Source: Trichormus sp. ATA11-4-KO1 (GTDB lineage Bacteria; Cyanobacteriota; Cyanobacteriia; Cyanobacteriales; Nostocaceae). From it: a stretch of 64,000 bases of DNA. The stretch's first letter is position 1, and each line of letters starts with the position of its first letter. This document shows positions 1 through 8,133 of this stretch, piece after piece. The DNA is taken from assembly GCA_019358915.1 (NCBI GenBank), contig JAHHIM010000025.1, positions 1 to 64,000 on the forward strand. Direction: 5' to 3'. Under the pieces are notes generated by a model. The model saw nothing but the letters and a program-made list of their open reading frames with translations, was not told the origin of the DNA and made no database searches. The position numbers and the translations under genes were made by a program.

Positions 1-126
1 GTAAGCGCAGGGGAATAATAATATCCCTGACCATCCTACAAACACGAAGCGATCGCGCTTTAACCAGTCGTCTAGTACGTCAAACCACCCTCTTGTGCTG
101 GGGGCGCGTCCTACTGCGATGGTCAT
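1..126 (-). CDS. psbD: Photosystem II D2 protein, 5' part only (runs off the window start)
   Basis: Manual translation from ATG at 126: [42 protein letters not shown], the D2 N-terminus; absent from the ORF track. Confidence 0.97.
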   Translation of the reverse strand, partial: MTIAVGRAPSTRGWFDVLDDWLKRDRFVFVGWSGILLFPCAY

Positions 127-573
127 TGAACTAAAATCCTCTTTTTACTAAAATTGCAACGTTTTACAAGCAGTGCTATCGGTGGTTTTCCCGAATTAAT
201 GCACCTGCCACGAGGAATTAACGTTTTTTTTGACAATCTCAGCCGTCTAAAAACAACTGAGATTCTGAGAGGATACCGTCTTTATGAGTCAGCATTTCTC
301 AGAGTGATGCCATTACACGTACCATTGGCTAGTAATCTAGCTTGTGGTAACTTAATGATTCTTAACTTATCACATTAGTTCGGGTTTTCGCCCAATCCAT
401 GTCAGTAAATCAGGTATTAAACACAAACCTATTACATATTATGAATATCAGAATTTTAACAATCTGACACAACTTTTCTCATAAATTTTAAAAGTATAGC
501 CCTGCAACTTGCAAGACAAGCTCTTAAAATGGCAGACTTTGAAAGGGAAGAACTCACGGGCCAAGGTAGTTCA

Positions 574-1170
574 ATGACGGCATCAACAACAATCAACCAA
601 GGCGATTCACCTAATGGCGATCGCAACCCTTCACTTATCCTGCATCAAAATGTTCTCGGTTCTCGTCGGTTTAGCAACTACTGGTGGGCAACTATCGTGA
701 CATTAGGAGCCACAGGCTTTTTGTTAGCAGGGATCTCAAGTTATCTAAAAGTAAATTTACTTCTAGTCAGCGATCCAACTCAACTGATATTTGTACCCCA
801 AGGACTAGTTATGGGGTTATATGGCACTGCGGGCTTACTTTTAGCTTTGTATCTATGGCTAGTGATCTTATGGGATGTTGGCGGCGGGTACAACGATTTT
901 AATCAAGAAACGGGTAGCATAAAAATTTTTCGTTGGGGATTTCCTGGCAAAAATCGTTGCATTGAAATTGACAGCCGTATCCAAGACGTGCAGTCTGTAA
1001 GAATAGACATCAAAGAAGGTCTTAATCCCCGTCGCGCCCTGTATCTACGCATTAAAGGGCGTAGAGATATTCCCCTAACAAGGGTAGGTCAACCTTTATC
1101 GCTATCAGAGTTAGAAACTAAAGGCGCAGAATTAGCACGCTTTTTGCGAGTACCCCTGGAAGGGCTTTAA
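574..1170 (+). CDS. ycf4: Photosystem I assembly protein Ycf4
   Basis: GSRRFSNYWW, PQGLVMGLYG, IFRWGFPGKNR motifs; divergent from psbD; start at MTASTT (574) preferred over 529. Confidence 0.96.
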   Translation: MTASTTINQGDSPNGDRNPSLILHQNVLGSRRFSNYWWATIVTLGATGFLLAGISSYLKVNLLLVSDPTQLIFVPQGLVMGLYGTAGLLLALYLWLVILWDVGGGYNDFNQETGSIKIFRWGFPGKNRCIEIDSRIQDVQSVRIDIKEGLNPRRALYLRIKGRRDIPLTRVGQPLSLSELETKGAELARFLRVPLEGL

Positions 1171-1323
1171 AGGATAGGGGGGATTGGGGGACAAGGCGAG
1201 TGAGTGGGGGAGATTACTAAATAAATATAAGTTCTTTCACCTCTGCCCCCCATCCCCTCTGCCTCATTCCCCATTCCCCTTTTGGAATCGGATAAGATAC
1301 TGTGGTTGAATCAGTAACCGGTT

Positions 1324-2115
1324 ATGCGATTAAAAGTTTCACAATTTCTAGTTGCGTTTTTGATGGTCGGTGCTTTGATGTTGGGAGGATGTACACCACA
1401 AGAGGTTACTTCCAATGCCTCTTCTCCAACGTCAACAGCAGGTGAGGCAAACACTACAACAAATACTGAAGCAACATCTGTATCAGAAACCACAAGTGAG
1501 AGTGTTCCTGGAATGAAAGATTTACCACGGCTCGAAGGCAAGGCTACTGTGGTGATGATGGTTAAAGGTTCGCCGATTACCATTGAAGTAGACGGCACCA
1601 ATGCCCCAATCACAGCTGGCAACTTCGTCGATTTAGTCCAAAAGGGTGTGTATGATGGGTTGGTTTTCCATCGAGTTGTGCGCGAACCCCAACCTTTTGT
1701 AGTGCAAGGGGGCGATCCCCAAAGCAAAGACCCGAAAGTTCCAGCCAACAGACTAGGAACGGGTGGTTATAGTGACCCAAAAACAGGCAATCAACGTTAC
1801 ATACCCTTAGAAATTAAGCCCGAAGGAGAAGCCAACCCAGTTTATGGCAAAACCTTGGAGTCAGCTGGTGTAACTAAACCACCCCAGTTGCAGCATAAAC
1901 TGGGCGCGGTGGCAATGGCGCGATCGCAAATGCCTGATTCCGCTTCTTCACAGTTTTATTTTGCTCTAGCAGATTTAGCTTTTCTAGATGGTAACTACGC
2001 TGTATTTGGTAATGTTACCGAAGGCTTTGATGTAGTTAACAAAATTCAGCAAGGCGATCGCATTGATTCTGCTAAAGTCACTCAAGGTGCAGAAAATTTG
2101 AAAACACCTGATTAA
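1324..2115 (+). CDS. Cyclophilin-type peptidyl-prolyl isomerase, probable lipoprotein
   Basis: [40 protein letters not shown]; lipobox-like LGGC after hydrophobic N-terminus. Confidence 0.93.
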   Translation: MRLKVSQFLVAFLMVGALMLGGCTPQEVTSNASSPTSTAGEANTTTNTEATSVSETTSESVPGMKDLPRLEGKATVVMMVKGSPITIEVDGTNAPITAGNFVDLVQKGVYDGLVFHRVVREPQPFVVQGGDPQSKDPKVPANRLGTGGYSDPKTGNQRYIPLEIKPEGEANPVYGKTLESAGVTKPPQLQHKLGAVAMARSQMPDSASSQFYFALADLAFLDGNYAVFGNVTEGFDVVNKIQQGDRIDSAKVTQGAENLKTPD

Positions 2116-2153
2116 GAGGGAGTAGGGAGTAGGGGACAAGAACAAAAATACTT

Positions 2154-2235
2154 CCCCATTCCCCATTCCCCATTCCCCATTCCCCATTCCCTATTCCCCA
2201 TTCCCCATTCCCCATTCCCCATTCCCTATTCCCCA
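2154..2235. repeat. STRR-type heptamer tandem array (CCCCATT)x11 plus partial unit
   Basis: 11 full units counted; units 6 and 11 are CCCTATT. Confidence 0.95.
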
Positions 2236-2237
2236 AA

Positions 2238-3392
2238 TTGGTTGTTGTTACTGGTATAGGCTTAGTCTCATCCTTGGGTGCAAACTTAGAGGATAGTTGG
2301 CAACAGTTAATTGCAGGTAAATCTGGTATTCGATGGTATCAACCATTTCCAGAACTGGAAGCATATCCTTTAGGTTTGATTGGGAAACAACCTGCTGAGT
2401 TGAGAATTTTGACTCAGCAGGTTGTCGCTTCTGCATTAAAAGATGCTGGATTGGTGCCGCCTTTACCTGATTCTGCTGTGGTTATTGGATCGAGTCGCAG
2501 TTTTCAGGGTGCTTGGGAATTGCTGGCGCAGCAAATGTATGGTGATCATTCCCGCCAAACTTCCTTAAATACAGGGGAAGTCGTAATAGAGAATTGGTTA
2601 AATTATTTACCTCATATGAATGCGATCGCAGCTGCGCGACAAATTGGTGCTACTGGGATAGTTTTAGCACCGATGGCGGCCTGTGCTACTGGTATTTGGG
2701 CAATCGCTCAAGCAGCTTTACTAATTAAAACCGGGCAATGTCAACGAGCGATCGCTGGGGCTGTGGAAGCACCAATTACACCTCTGACTTTGTCAGGGTT
2801 TCAACAAATGGGCGCTTTGGCAAAAACTGGGGCATATCCCTTTGATTTGCGCCGCGAAGGTTTAGTACTAGGTGAAGGTGCGGCAGTGTTTGTCTTAGAA
2901 TCAGCCGAATTGGCAAAGCAGCGTCAAGCCAAAATTTATGGTGAAATCCTTGGTTTTGGCTTGACAACAGATGCTTATCATACAAATCAACTAGATCCTA
3001 CTGGAAAAAGTGCGATCGCGGCTGTGCAAAAATGTCTAAAACAGAGTTCTCTAACACCAGTCGATATTGATTACATTCATGCTCATGGTACTGCTACACA
3101 GCTGAATGACCAAATAGAAAGTAAATTAATACAACGGTTATTTCCCCATCAAGTTGCAGTTAGCTCTACTAAAGGAAGTTCAGGTCATACTTTAGGAGCA
3201 TCAGGAGCTTTAGGTATAGCTTTTTCACTTTTAGCTTTGCAAAATAAAGTACTACCACCTTGTGTAGGATTACAGACACCTGAATTTGATTTAAATTTAG
3301 TGACGGCAGCACGCCAAAGTGAAATTCAGCGTGTATTATGTTTTAGTTTTGGCTTTGGTGGTCAAAATGCAGTAGTGGCGTTAGGTATATAA
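2238..3392 (+). CDS. Beta-ketoacyl-ACP synthase (FabF-like)
   Basis: VVVTGIG, AACATG catalytic Cys, HAHGTAT, STKGSSGHTLGA, SFGFGGQN. Confidence 0.92.
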   Translation: MVVVTGIGLVSSLGANLEDSWQQLIAGKSGIRWYQPFPELEAYPLGLIGKQPAELRILTQQVVASALKDAGLVPPLPDSAVVIGSSRSFQGAWELLAQQMYGDHSRQTSLNTGEVVIENWLNYLPHMNAIAAARQIGATGIVLAPMAACATGIWAIAQAALLIKTGQCQRAIAGAVEAPITPLTLSGFQQMGALAKTGAYPFDLRREGLVLGEGAAVFVLESAELAKQRQAKIYGEILGFGLTTDAYHTNQLDPTGKSAIAAVQKCLKQSSLTPVDIDYIHAHGTATQLNDQIESKLIQRLFPHQVAVSSTKGSSGHTLGASGALGIAFSLLALQNKVLPPCVGLQTPEFDLNLVTAARQSEIQRVLCFSFGFGGQNAVVALGI

Positions 3393-3440
3393 AGTGCTGA
3401 GTGCGCTGGTCCTGAGCGAAGTCGAAGGGGAGTGCTGAGT
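3393..3440. repeat. AGTGCTG heptamer units interrupted by a small dispersed repeat (CCTGAGCGAAGTCGAAGG)
   Basis: agtgctgagtgc ... cctgagcgaagtcgaagggg ... agtgctgagt between convergent genes. Confidence 0.55.
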
Positions 3441-3477
3441 AAAGAATTATTATTTATCCCCTGATTCCCCCTGTCAC

Positions 3478-5109
3478 CTATTCCCTGTCAGTAATCACAG
3501 GTAATAAAACCTGAGAATTAGTATCGCTTCCACAACTGACTTTTAACGTGATGATCTCAGCGTCCAATAAACTGTCACTATTAATTACTGCACCATGACC
3601 AGAATTCATAACATATGCGGGAAAGCACGCAGCACTTAAACTCAAGCGCAGTGCATTACCTTTGGCAATTCGTACACAAGTTGCTTGCAGTTGAATTTTG
3701 ATCGGTAGGTGATCTATCCCTTGCCGACAATGCATGTAACCTTGGGTTAAATTATACACACGGCCATCAGGATGTACTTCTGACAGCACTGCACACAAAT
3801 CATAACTAGGTTGGTCAGCACTACACCAAATTTCGACTGCGACATCCCCTGCTAAATGCAAGTCTTTGATTAACGGTTGACTAGTATAAGTTAAGACATC
3901 AGAACGACAATCAATGTGCGATCGCTCAAATACACCAGCTGGCATGGCTGCATGACCACCTAACGTTGGAACAGGTCGCCAAGGGTCATGAACTAATACG
4001 TCAGTGGTGCTGAGAGTAGAGTTTTGAGTGTTAAGAGTTCCAGAATCTTCTCGGATGCTAGCTAGTCCGGTAGTTGACAAAAAATAGGATTTCTGGTTTT
4101 GTATAGGTAATCTAGGATAATTGCGCCAAATATTACTTCCCATTTCAAATAAGCAAACAGACTGGTCCTCAAGTAAGCCTGTATCCACACCTTTAAGGAA
4201 CTGATCAAACCACCGGATTTGCATCTGATCTACAGGACTCGCAGCCGTAGCGCCAAAGTCGATTTCACCAACTTTGCGACTCCAAGGCAAGTGTGTCCAA
4301 GGGCCAATTAACAGATGTTGGGGTGTGGTGCTACGGGCTGTTATATCTTTATATAAATGCAAAGTTCCACGCAGATAAGTATCAAACCATCCTCCGATAT
4401 GGAACATGGGCAAGTCAACATTTTGCAAATGGCTGTTGGGCGAAAGTTGTTCCCAATAAGCATCTGGCTGAAAATGTGCCAGCCACTCATGATAAAACGA
4501 CTCTGGGGCGAGTTGCTGGAGAATTTCTGGATTAGTTAAAGGTAAATTGCGAGAAGCCGCAAACAAAGCTTGATAGGCAGGTTTGTCTTTTCGCAAACGG
4601 GCGGTTTCTGTAGCTAATTGAATTGCCCAAGCGAGGTTAGTTTGTAAACAAAATGCACCACCTTCATAAGCCCAATCTGTGTACAAATCATAGCCAATCA
4701 TCGCCGGACAAATTGTTGTTAAAGCTGGTGGTTGGGCAGATGCGGCATAAAGTTGAGTCATTCCCTGATGGGAAAAGCCATACATTCCGACTTTGCCATT
4801 GCTACCAGGTAGATTAGCTACCCAATTTACTGTATCTTCACCATCGGCGATTTCATGAACAAATAGCTGAAATTCACCTCCAGAAGTACCACGTCCGCGC
4901 ACATCTTGAATAACTACGATGTAGCCGTGGGCAGCATACCAAGTAGGATGGGCATAGACAACAGTAGAGGCGATCGCTCTACCATAAGGTTGTCGCATTA
5001 ATAAAACAGGAAACTCACCATCTGCATCAGGGCGATAAATATCTGCATCTAGGCGTACACCATCGCGGGTGTACACGGAAGCGGTTTGTTTCGGGAGGAT
5101 TTTCAGCAT
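3478..5109 (-). CDS. CocE/NonD family serine hydrolase
   Basis: RDGVRLDADIYRP, RQPYGR, QDVRGRGTSGG, GFSHQG nucleophile elbow, GGWFD, IGPWTH. Confidence 0.93.
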   Translation of the reverse strand: MLKILPKQTASVYTRDGVRLDADIYRPDADGEFPVLLMRQPYGRAIASTVVYAHPTWYAAHGYIVVIQDVRGRGTSGGEFQLFVHEIADGEDTVNWVANLPGSNGKVGMYGFSHQGMTQLYAASAQPPALTTICPAMIGYDLYTDWAYEGGAFCLQTNLAWAIQLATETARLRKDKPAYQALFAASRNLPLTNPEILQQLAPESFYHEWLAHFQPDAYWEQLSPNSHLQNVDLPMFHIGGWFDTYLRGTLHLYKDITARSTTPQHLLIGPWTHLPWSRKVGEIDFGATAASPVDQMQIRWFDQFLKGVDTGLLEDQSVCLFEMGSNIWRNYPRLPIQNQKSYFLSTTGLASIREDSGTLNTQNSTLSTTDVLVHDPWRPVPTLGGHAAMPAGVFERSHIDCRSDVLTYTSQPLIKDLHLAGDVAVEIWCSADQPSYDLCAVLSEVHPDGRVYNLTQGYMHCRQGIDHLPIKIQLQATCVRIAKGNALRLSLSAACFPAYVMNSGHGAVINSDSLLDAEIITLKVSCGSDTNSQVLLPVITDRE

Positions 5110-5158
5110 GGATATGATTTTAGGCGATCGCTATAATTTGGATGATTACTGCTGTATT

Positions 5159-5522
5159 AAAACAAACCGCCCAGAAAAAAAGTCATAAATTTTTAACAAG
5201 GCATTAAAGCATCTAATCTCCCCAAAACTGCCATATCTTCCGCATCTAAATCTACAGGAATACCACTGCGAATTAATTCCGAAAAATCTTCATTGGGAAC
5301 CATCACTGTCAAAGTGTATAAGCGGGTAGTACCTATATTTTTAATTAAATGTGTTCCAGTGGGAGGTACTAACAAACTATCCCCGGCTTTAATTTGGACA
5401 CTTTTACCATCACACATAGCTATGGCTTCTCCTTTGAGGACAAAAAACATTTCCACCGCCCATTGATGACGATTTGGCGGTGTTTGCCCACCCACATCAA
5501 AAATTTCGATGCAGCAAGTTAA
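5159..5522. repeat. Direct repeat copy A (about 364 bp) flanking the integron
   Basis: Aligned by eye to 8134-8496, including about 34 bp downstream of the cupin stop. Confidence 0.95.
5193..5522 (-). pseudogene. 5'-truncated duplicate of the cupin gene at 8167-8622
   Basis: Matches 8167-8496 at offset 2974 with 10 substitutions; lacks the first 42 codons; the ORF-track start at 5495 is an internal Val codon. Confidence 0.93.
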
Positions 5523-5603
5523 CGGCTCAAATCAGCGGCGGCAGATAAATTTGAACTAAACATCAGCGACGCTTATCCGTCCGTTGCATTTGAATTGTTA
5601 GCC
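5517..5603 (-). mobile_element. Integron attC site 2 (87 bp)
   Basis: Minus strand: R'' GGCTAAC (5603-5597), imperfect palindrome ttcaaatgcaacgga...gccgctgatttgag, R' G|TTAACT (5523-5517). Confidence 0.9.
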
Positions 5604-5830
5604 TGCGCGGTTGGATCAGAAACTTGATTATCTCGCATCACTCTAATCAAAAAACGTAATGCTTCATTAACCGCATCAGCATTAGGAAACATCTCTGCAA
5701 CATCAGGTTCTAAACGGACAGTTGCTCCACCAAAACTTTTCCTCCCAGAACCTAGCCTTCTAACTCGTAGGCTCTTCAAGTCATACTCTGCACGCAAATC
5801 ATCTTCCATTTCTGAATTATTTCTCTTCAT
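5573..5830 (-). CDS. BrnA-like antitoxin (cassette 2); stop codon lies inside attC
   Basis: DDLRAEYD...VRLEPDVAEMFPNADAVNEALRFLI; overlaps the end of brnT. Confidence 0.8.
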   Translation of the reverse strand: MKRNNSEMEDDLRAEYDLKSLRVRRLGSGRKSFGGATVRLEPDVAEMFPNADAVNEALRFLIRVMRDNQVSDPTAQANNSNATDG

Positions 5831-6089
5831 AAGCTTCTCGCTCAGTTCGTGTCACTTCTCTAGCACTGATGAGACGAATCAAATCTCCTCTTTCAGTATA
5901 CGAAACGATCAACAATCGCCCTCGATCCGACTCTCCAACAATGAGATACCTCTCCTCGTCTTCAGAGTGGTCTGGATCATAGAAGTCAACATAGAGAGGA
6001 TCATCAAAAACAGTTTTTGCTTCTTCAAACGAAACTCCATGTTTCGATAAATTGCGTGCTGCTTTGCTTTCATTCCATTCAAACTGCAT
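5817..6089 (-). CDS. brnT: BrnT family ribonuclease toxin (cassette 2)
   Basis: MQFEWNESKAARNLSKHGVSFEEA...HSEDEERY...IRLISAR. Confidence 0.93.
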   Translation of the reverse strand: MQFEWNESKAARNLSKHGVSFEEAKTVFDDPLYVDFYDPDHSEDEERYLIVGESDRGRLLIVSYTERGDLIRLISAREVTRTEREAYEEK

Positions 6090-6095
6090 AAAGTT

Positions 6096-6104
6096 ATTGT
6101 AACA
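6096..6104 (-). promoter_or_regulatory. Putative extended -10 promoter (TGtTACAAT) for brnTA
   Basis: Minus strand ggTGtTACAATaactttATG; 6 nt before the start codon, no SD sequence, consistent with a leaderless transcript. Confidence 0.5.
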
Positions 6105-6108
6105 CCGC

Positions 6109-6480
6109 CTACTTAAACCAATTGTTCATTTCAAGGGTGCAGTTGAATTGGCTTTGAATGCTCGTAAAGTTTGCTTTTTTTTGCAAAAGATTCATAGTGG
6201 TTAAATCTAAATCATCTGGATCAAAACCTTCCAATCGAAATCTTTTCCTCCGAATTCGTTTCATCCACGGTTTAAAAACAAAATCTGCCAATTCGTCTAC
6301 GAAAATTCCAATTGGGTAAACAACAGCAAGCCCTACAAAGGTAAGAATTGTGGTGAAGTCTTTTAGAACTGTTAGATTAATCCAATTCCAACCAAATGCC
6401 GTTAAAACAAGCAGTAACAACCAAATTACAGCCTGTAAACCTGTTATAAGATGCTCTATTACAAGTGCTGTAGTTGACAT
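6109..6480 (-). CDS. Cassette-borne hypothetical membrane protein, possibly 3'-truncated
   Basis: Two hydrophobic segments; GGAGG upstream; starts about 73 nt after the attC1 crossover. Confidence 0.7.
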   Translation of the reverse strand: MSTTALVIEHLITGLQAVIWLLLLVLTAFGWNWINLTVLKDFTTILTFVGLAVVYPIGIFVDELADFVFKPWMKRIRRKRFRLEGFDPDDLDLTTMNLLQKKANFTSIQSQFNCTLEMNNWFK

Positions 6481-6547
6481 TGATTGGTAATTATCCTCCA
6501 GATTTATCAGTTACTCCACTCTACCAACCATTGCTAAGACTTCCGCA

Positions 6548-6633
6548 GGCTAACGTTCCGGTTGAGCGGCTGCAAGTGACCTTTGCTACAAACCAACTAA
6601 CTTTGTCAGTCCGTTCCAACCGGGTTGTTATGC
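6548..6633 (-). mobile_element. Integron attC site 1 (86 bp)
   Basis: Minus strand: R'' GCATAAC (6633-6627), ccggttggaacgga...gccgctcaaccgg palindrome, R' G|TTAGCC (6554-6548); begins 17 nt after the ORF stop. Confidence 0.93.
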
Positions 6634-6649
6634 CGCCTCAACTCTAACA

Positions 6650-7294
6650 TTACAAAGGATATTTATTTATGAATTCTCTAATTGCAAATTTAAGGTTTTC
6701 TTCTGCCTCAAATTTCATTTGATTTGCCTCTCTTTTTGCTTGTTCCACTTCTTGCTCAACCGATTTCTTTTTTACTTTATCCATTAATAGACCGATACCC
6801 ATACCTATTAATGGCGGAACTACAATCATCATTAAAACTCCGCCACTTGAGAGAATACTAGCCAAGCCAAAATAACCTATTAGTGACGCAGCGCACCCAT
6901 AGCCACATCCCGCAGCCGCTTTTTCAACTGATTTATTCTGGGTCTCTATAATTAGTTTTTCAGCTTTTTTCTCTGCGTTTGGAATAGCCTCAAGATAGGG
7001 ACCAACTTCAGCTACAAAGCTATTCATATAAGCTCGATCTTGTTCTCTAGCTAAATCCAGTGTCCTACCCGTTGAGTTCTTAACTACTTGAAGAATCTTG
7101 TAGAGGTCTGCGGCTTTCCAAGAAGTTCCACAATCAAGGCAAGCGTTTACATTTCTATCTTCTCCGGTAACTGCTCCAACTGCTCCACCTACCACTCCAA
7201 ATAAAGCCCAGCCAGCAACGGCACGTCCCCAACTAACATTTGTCTCTTTTTTAAGAGTGACGTGACTAGAACCACAGTTAGGACAATTAGCCAT
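6650..7294 (-). CDS. Cassette 1 hypothetical protein: CxxC...CxxC zinc ribbon-like motif, glycine-rich hydrophobic segments, coiled-coil C-terminus
   Basis: MANCPNCG...CLDCG; GGAG RBS before ATG at 7294 (preferred over 7369). Confidence 0.8.
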   Translation of the reverse strand: MANCPNCGSSHVTLKKETNVSWGRAVAGWALFGVVGGAVGAVTGEDRNVNACLDCGTSWKAADLYKILQVVKNSTGRTLDLAREQDRAYMNSFVAEVGPYLEAIPNAEKKAEKLIIETQNKSVEKAAAGCGYGCAASLIGYFGLASILSSGGVLMMIVVPPLIGMGIGLLMDKVKKKSVEQEVEQAKREANQMKFEAEENLKFAIREFINKYPL

Positions 7295-7499
7295 TTCTTC
7301 TCCAAGACAACACCTAAATATCAGCTTAAGCAACTCATGTTTCGGGGCTCTTCTGAGACAGATCACCACTCAAACATCACTCTGCTTTTCAAGTCCGTAA
7401 GGCTAGAATCCGCACACTTTCTTCAGCAAGCTGCTAAATTTCATAAAAAGTCTTGAACGTTGACAGACAAATTTCAAGAACTGTCCCCACCGAGGACTT

Positions 7500-7540
7500 G
7501 CGGCATAACTATTTATTATACGGTAACTTTCCGTATAATC
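7500..7540 (-). mobile_element. Putative integron attI site
   Basis: Core G|TTATGCCGC (7509-7500) is the exact complement of attC1 R'' GCGGCATAAC; adjacent inverted repeat ttatacgg-N7-ccgtataa; lies between divergent intI and the first cassette. Confidence 0.8.
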
Positions 7541-7726
7541 TTTTTTCAATCATAAATATATCAAGCATTCCAAGGAATTTCTGTTTGAATATACGGAAGA
7601 CTTTTTTTTAACCCCTTATTCGGGTATTATACAAAATTTTTCCGTATATCCCCTGGTGTTATCAAGAATTTTTCTGTATAACATCCTTTTTTAGAGTATT
7701 AAACGGAATTTTTCTGCATAACATCG

Positions 7727-8089
7727 ATGGAACAACGCCCAAAGAAACTGCTTGAACAAGTACAAGATGTTATTCGGCTGAAACACTATTCTTACCAAAC
7801 TGAGAAGACTTATATTTACTGGATTAGGCGCTATATTCTTTTTCATGGCCATCATTTACACGAGAGTAGTTTACAAAAGGCATTAAAGCAAGTGGTTCGT
7901 CAAGCTGGTATTCAAAAAAAGGTGGGTTGTCATATGTTTCGTCACAGTTTTGCTACTCATTTATTACAAAACGGCTATGACATCCGCACGGTACAAGAAT
8001 TATTGGGACATAAGGATGTAAAAACAACAATGATTTACACCCATGTTCTTAACCGTGGTGGTAAAGCTGTTCGTAGTCCCCTTGATTAA
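7727..8089 (+). pseudogene. intI: Integron integrase with a large in-frame internal deletion
   Basis: N-terminus [33 protein letters not shown] joined directly to [11 protein letters not shown]...[51 protein letters not shown]; 120 aa versus about 320 typical; catalytic box I absent. Confidence 0.93.
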
Positions 8090-8133
8090 CCAGGGTTTTC
8101 TAGTTAACGGTATTTACCTATGCAAAAGATGAA

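Noticed and set aside
154..378. 74-aa ORF between psbD and ycf4
   Set aside because: TTG start, no motif, lies in a divergent promoter region
1984..2187. ORF beginning MGNGEWGMGNGE
   Set aside because: Translation of the STRR array, antisense to the cyclophilin
5193..5495. ORF-track 100-aa cupin as an independent gene
   Set aside because: Start is an internal Val codon (GTA in the intact copy); homology continues upstream to the attC junction
5517..6633. attC repeats as a CRISPR array
   Set aside because: Only two diverged 86-87 bp palindromes separated by genes; no constant repeat-spacer pattern and no cas genes in the window
5523..8130. Heterocyst-type gene-interrupting excision element in the cupin gene
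   Set aside because: The cupin gene is intact rather than split, and the recombinase is IntI-type
5523..8130. Absence of HIP1 as evidence of foreign origin
   Set aside because: None seen, but 2.6 kb is too short; native stretches of similar length also lack it
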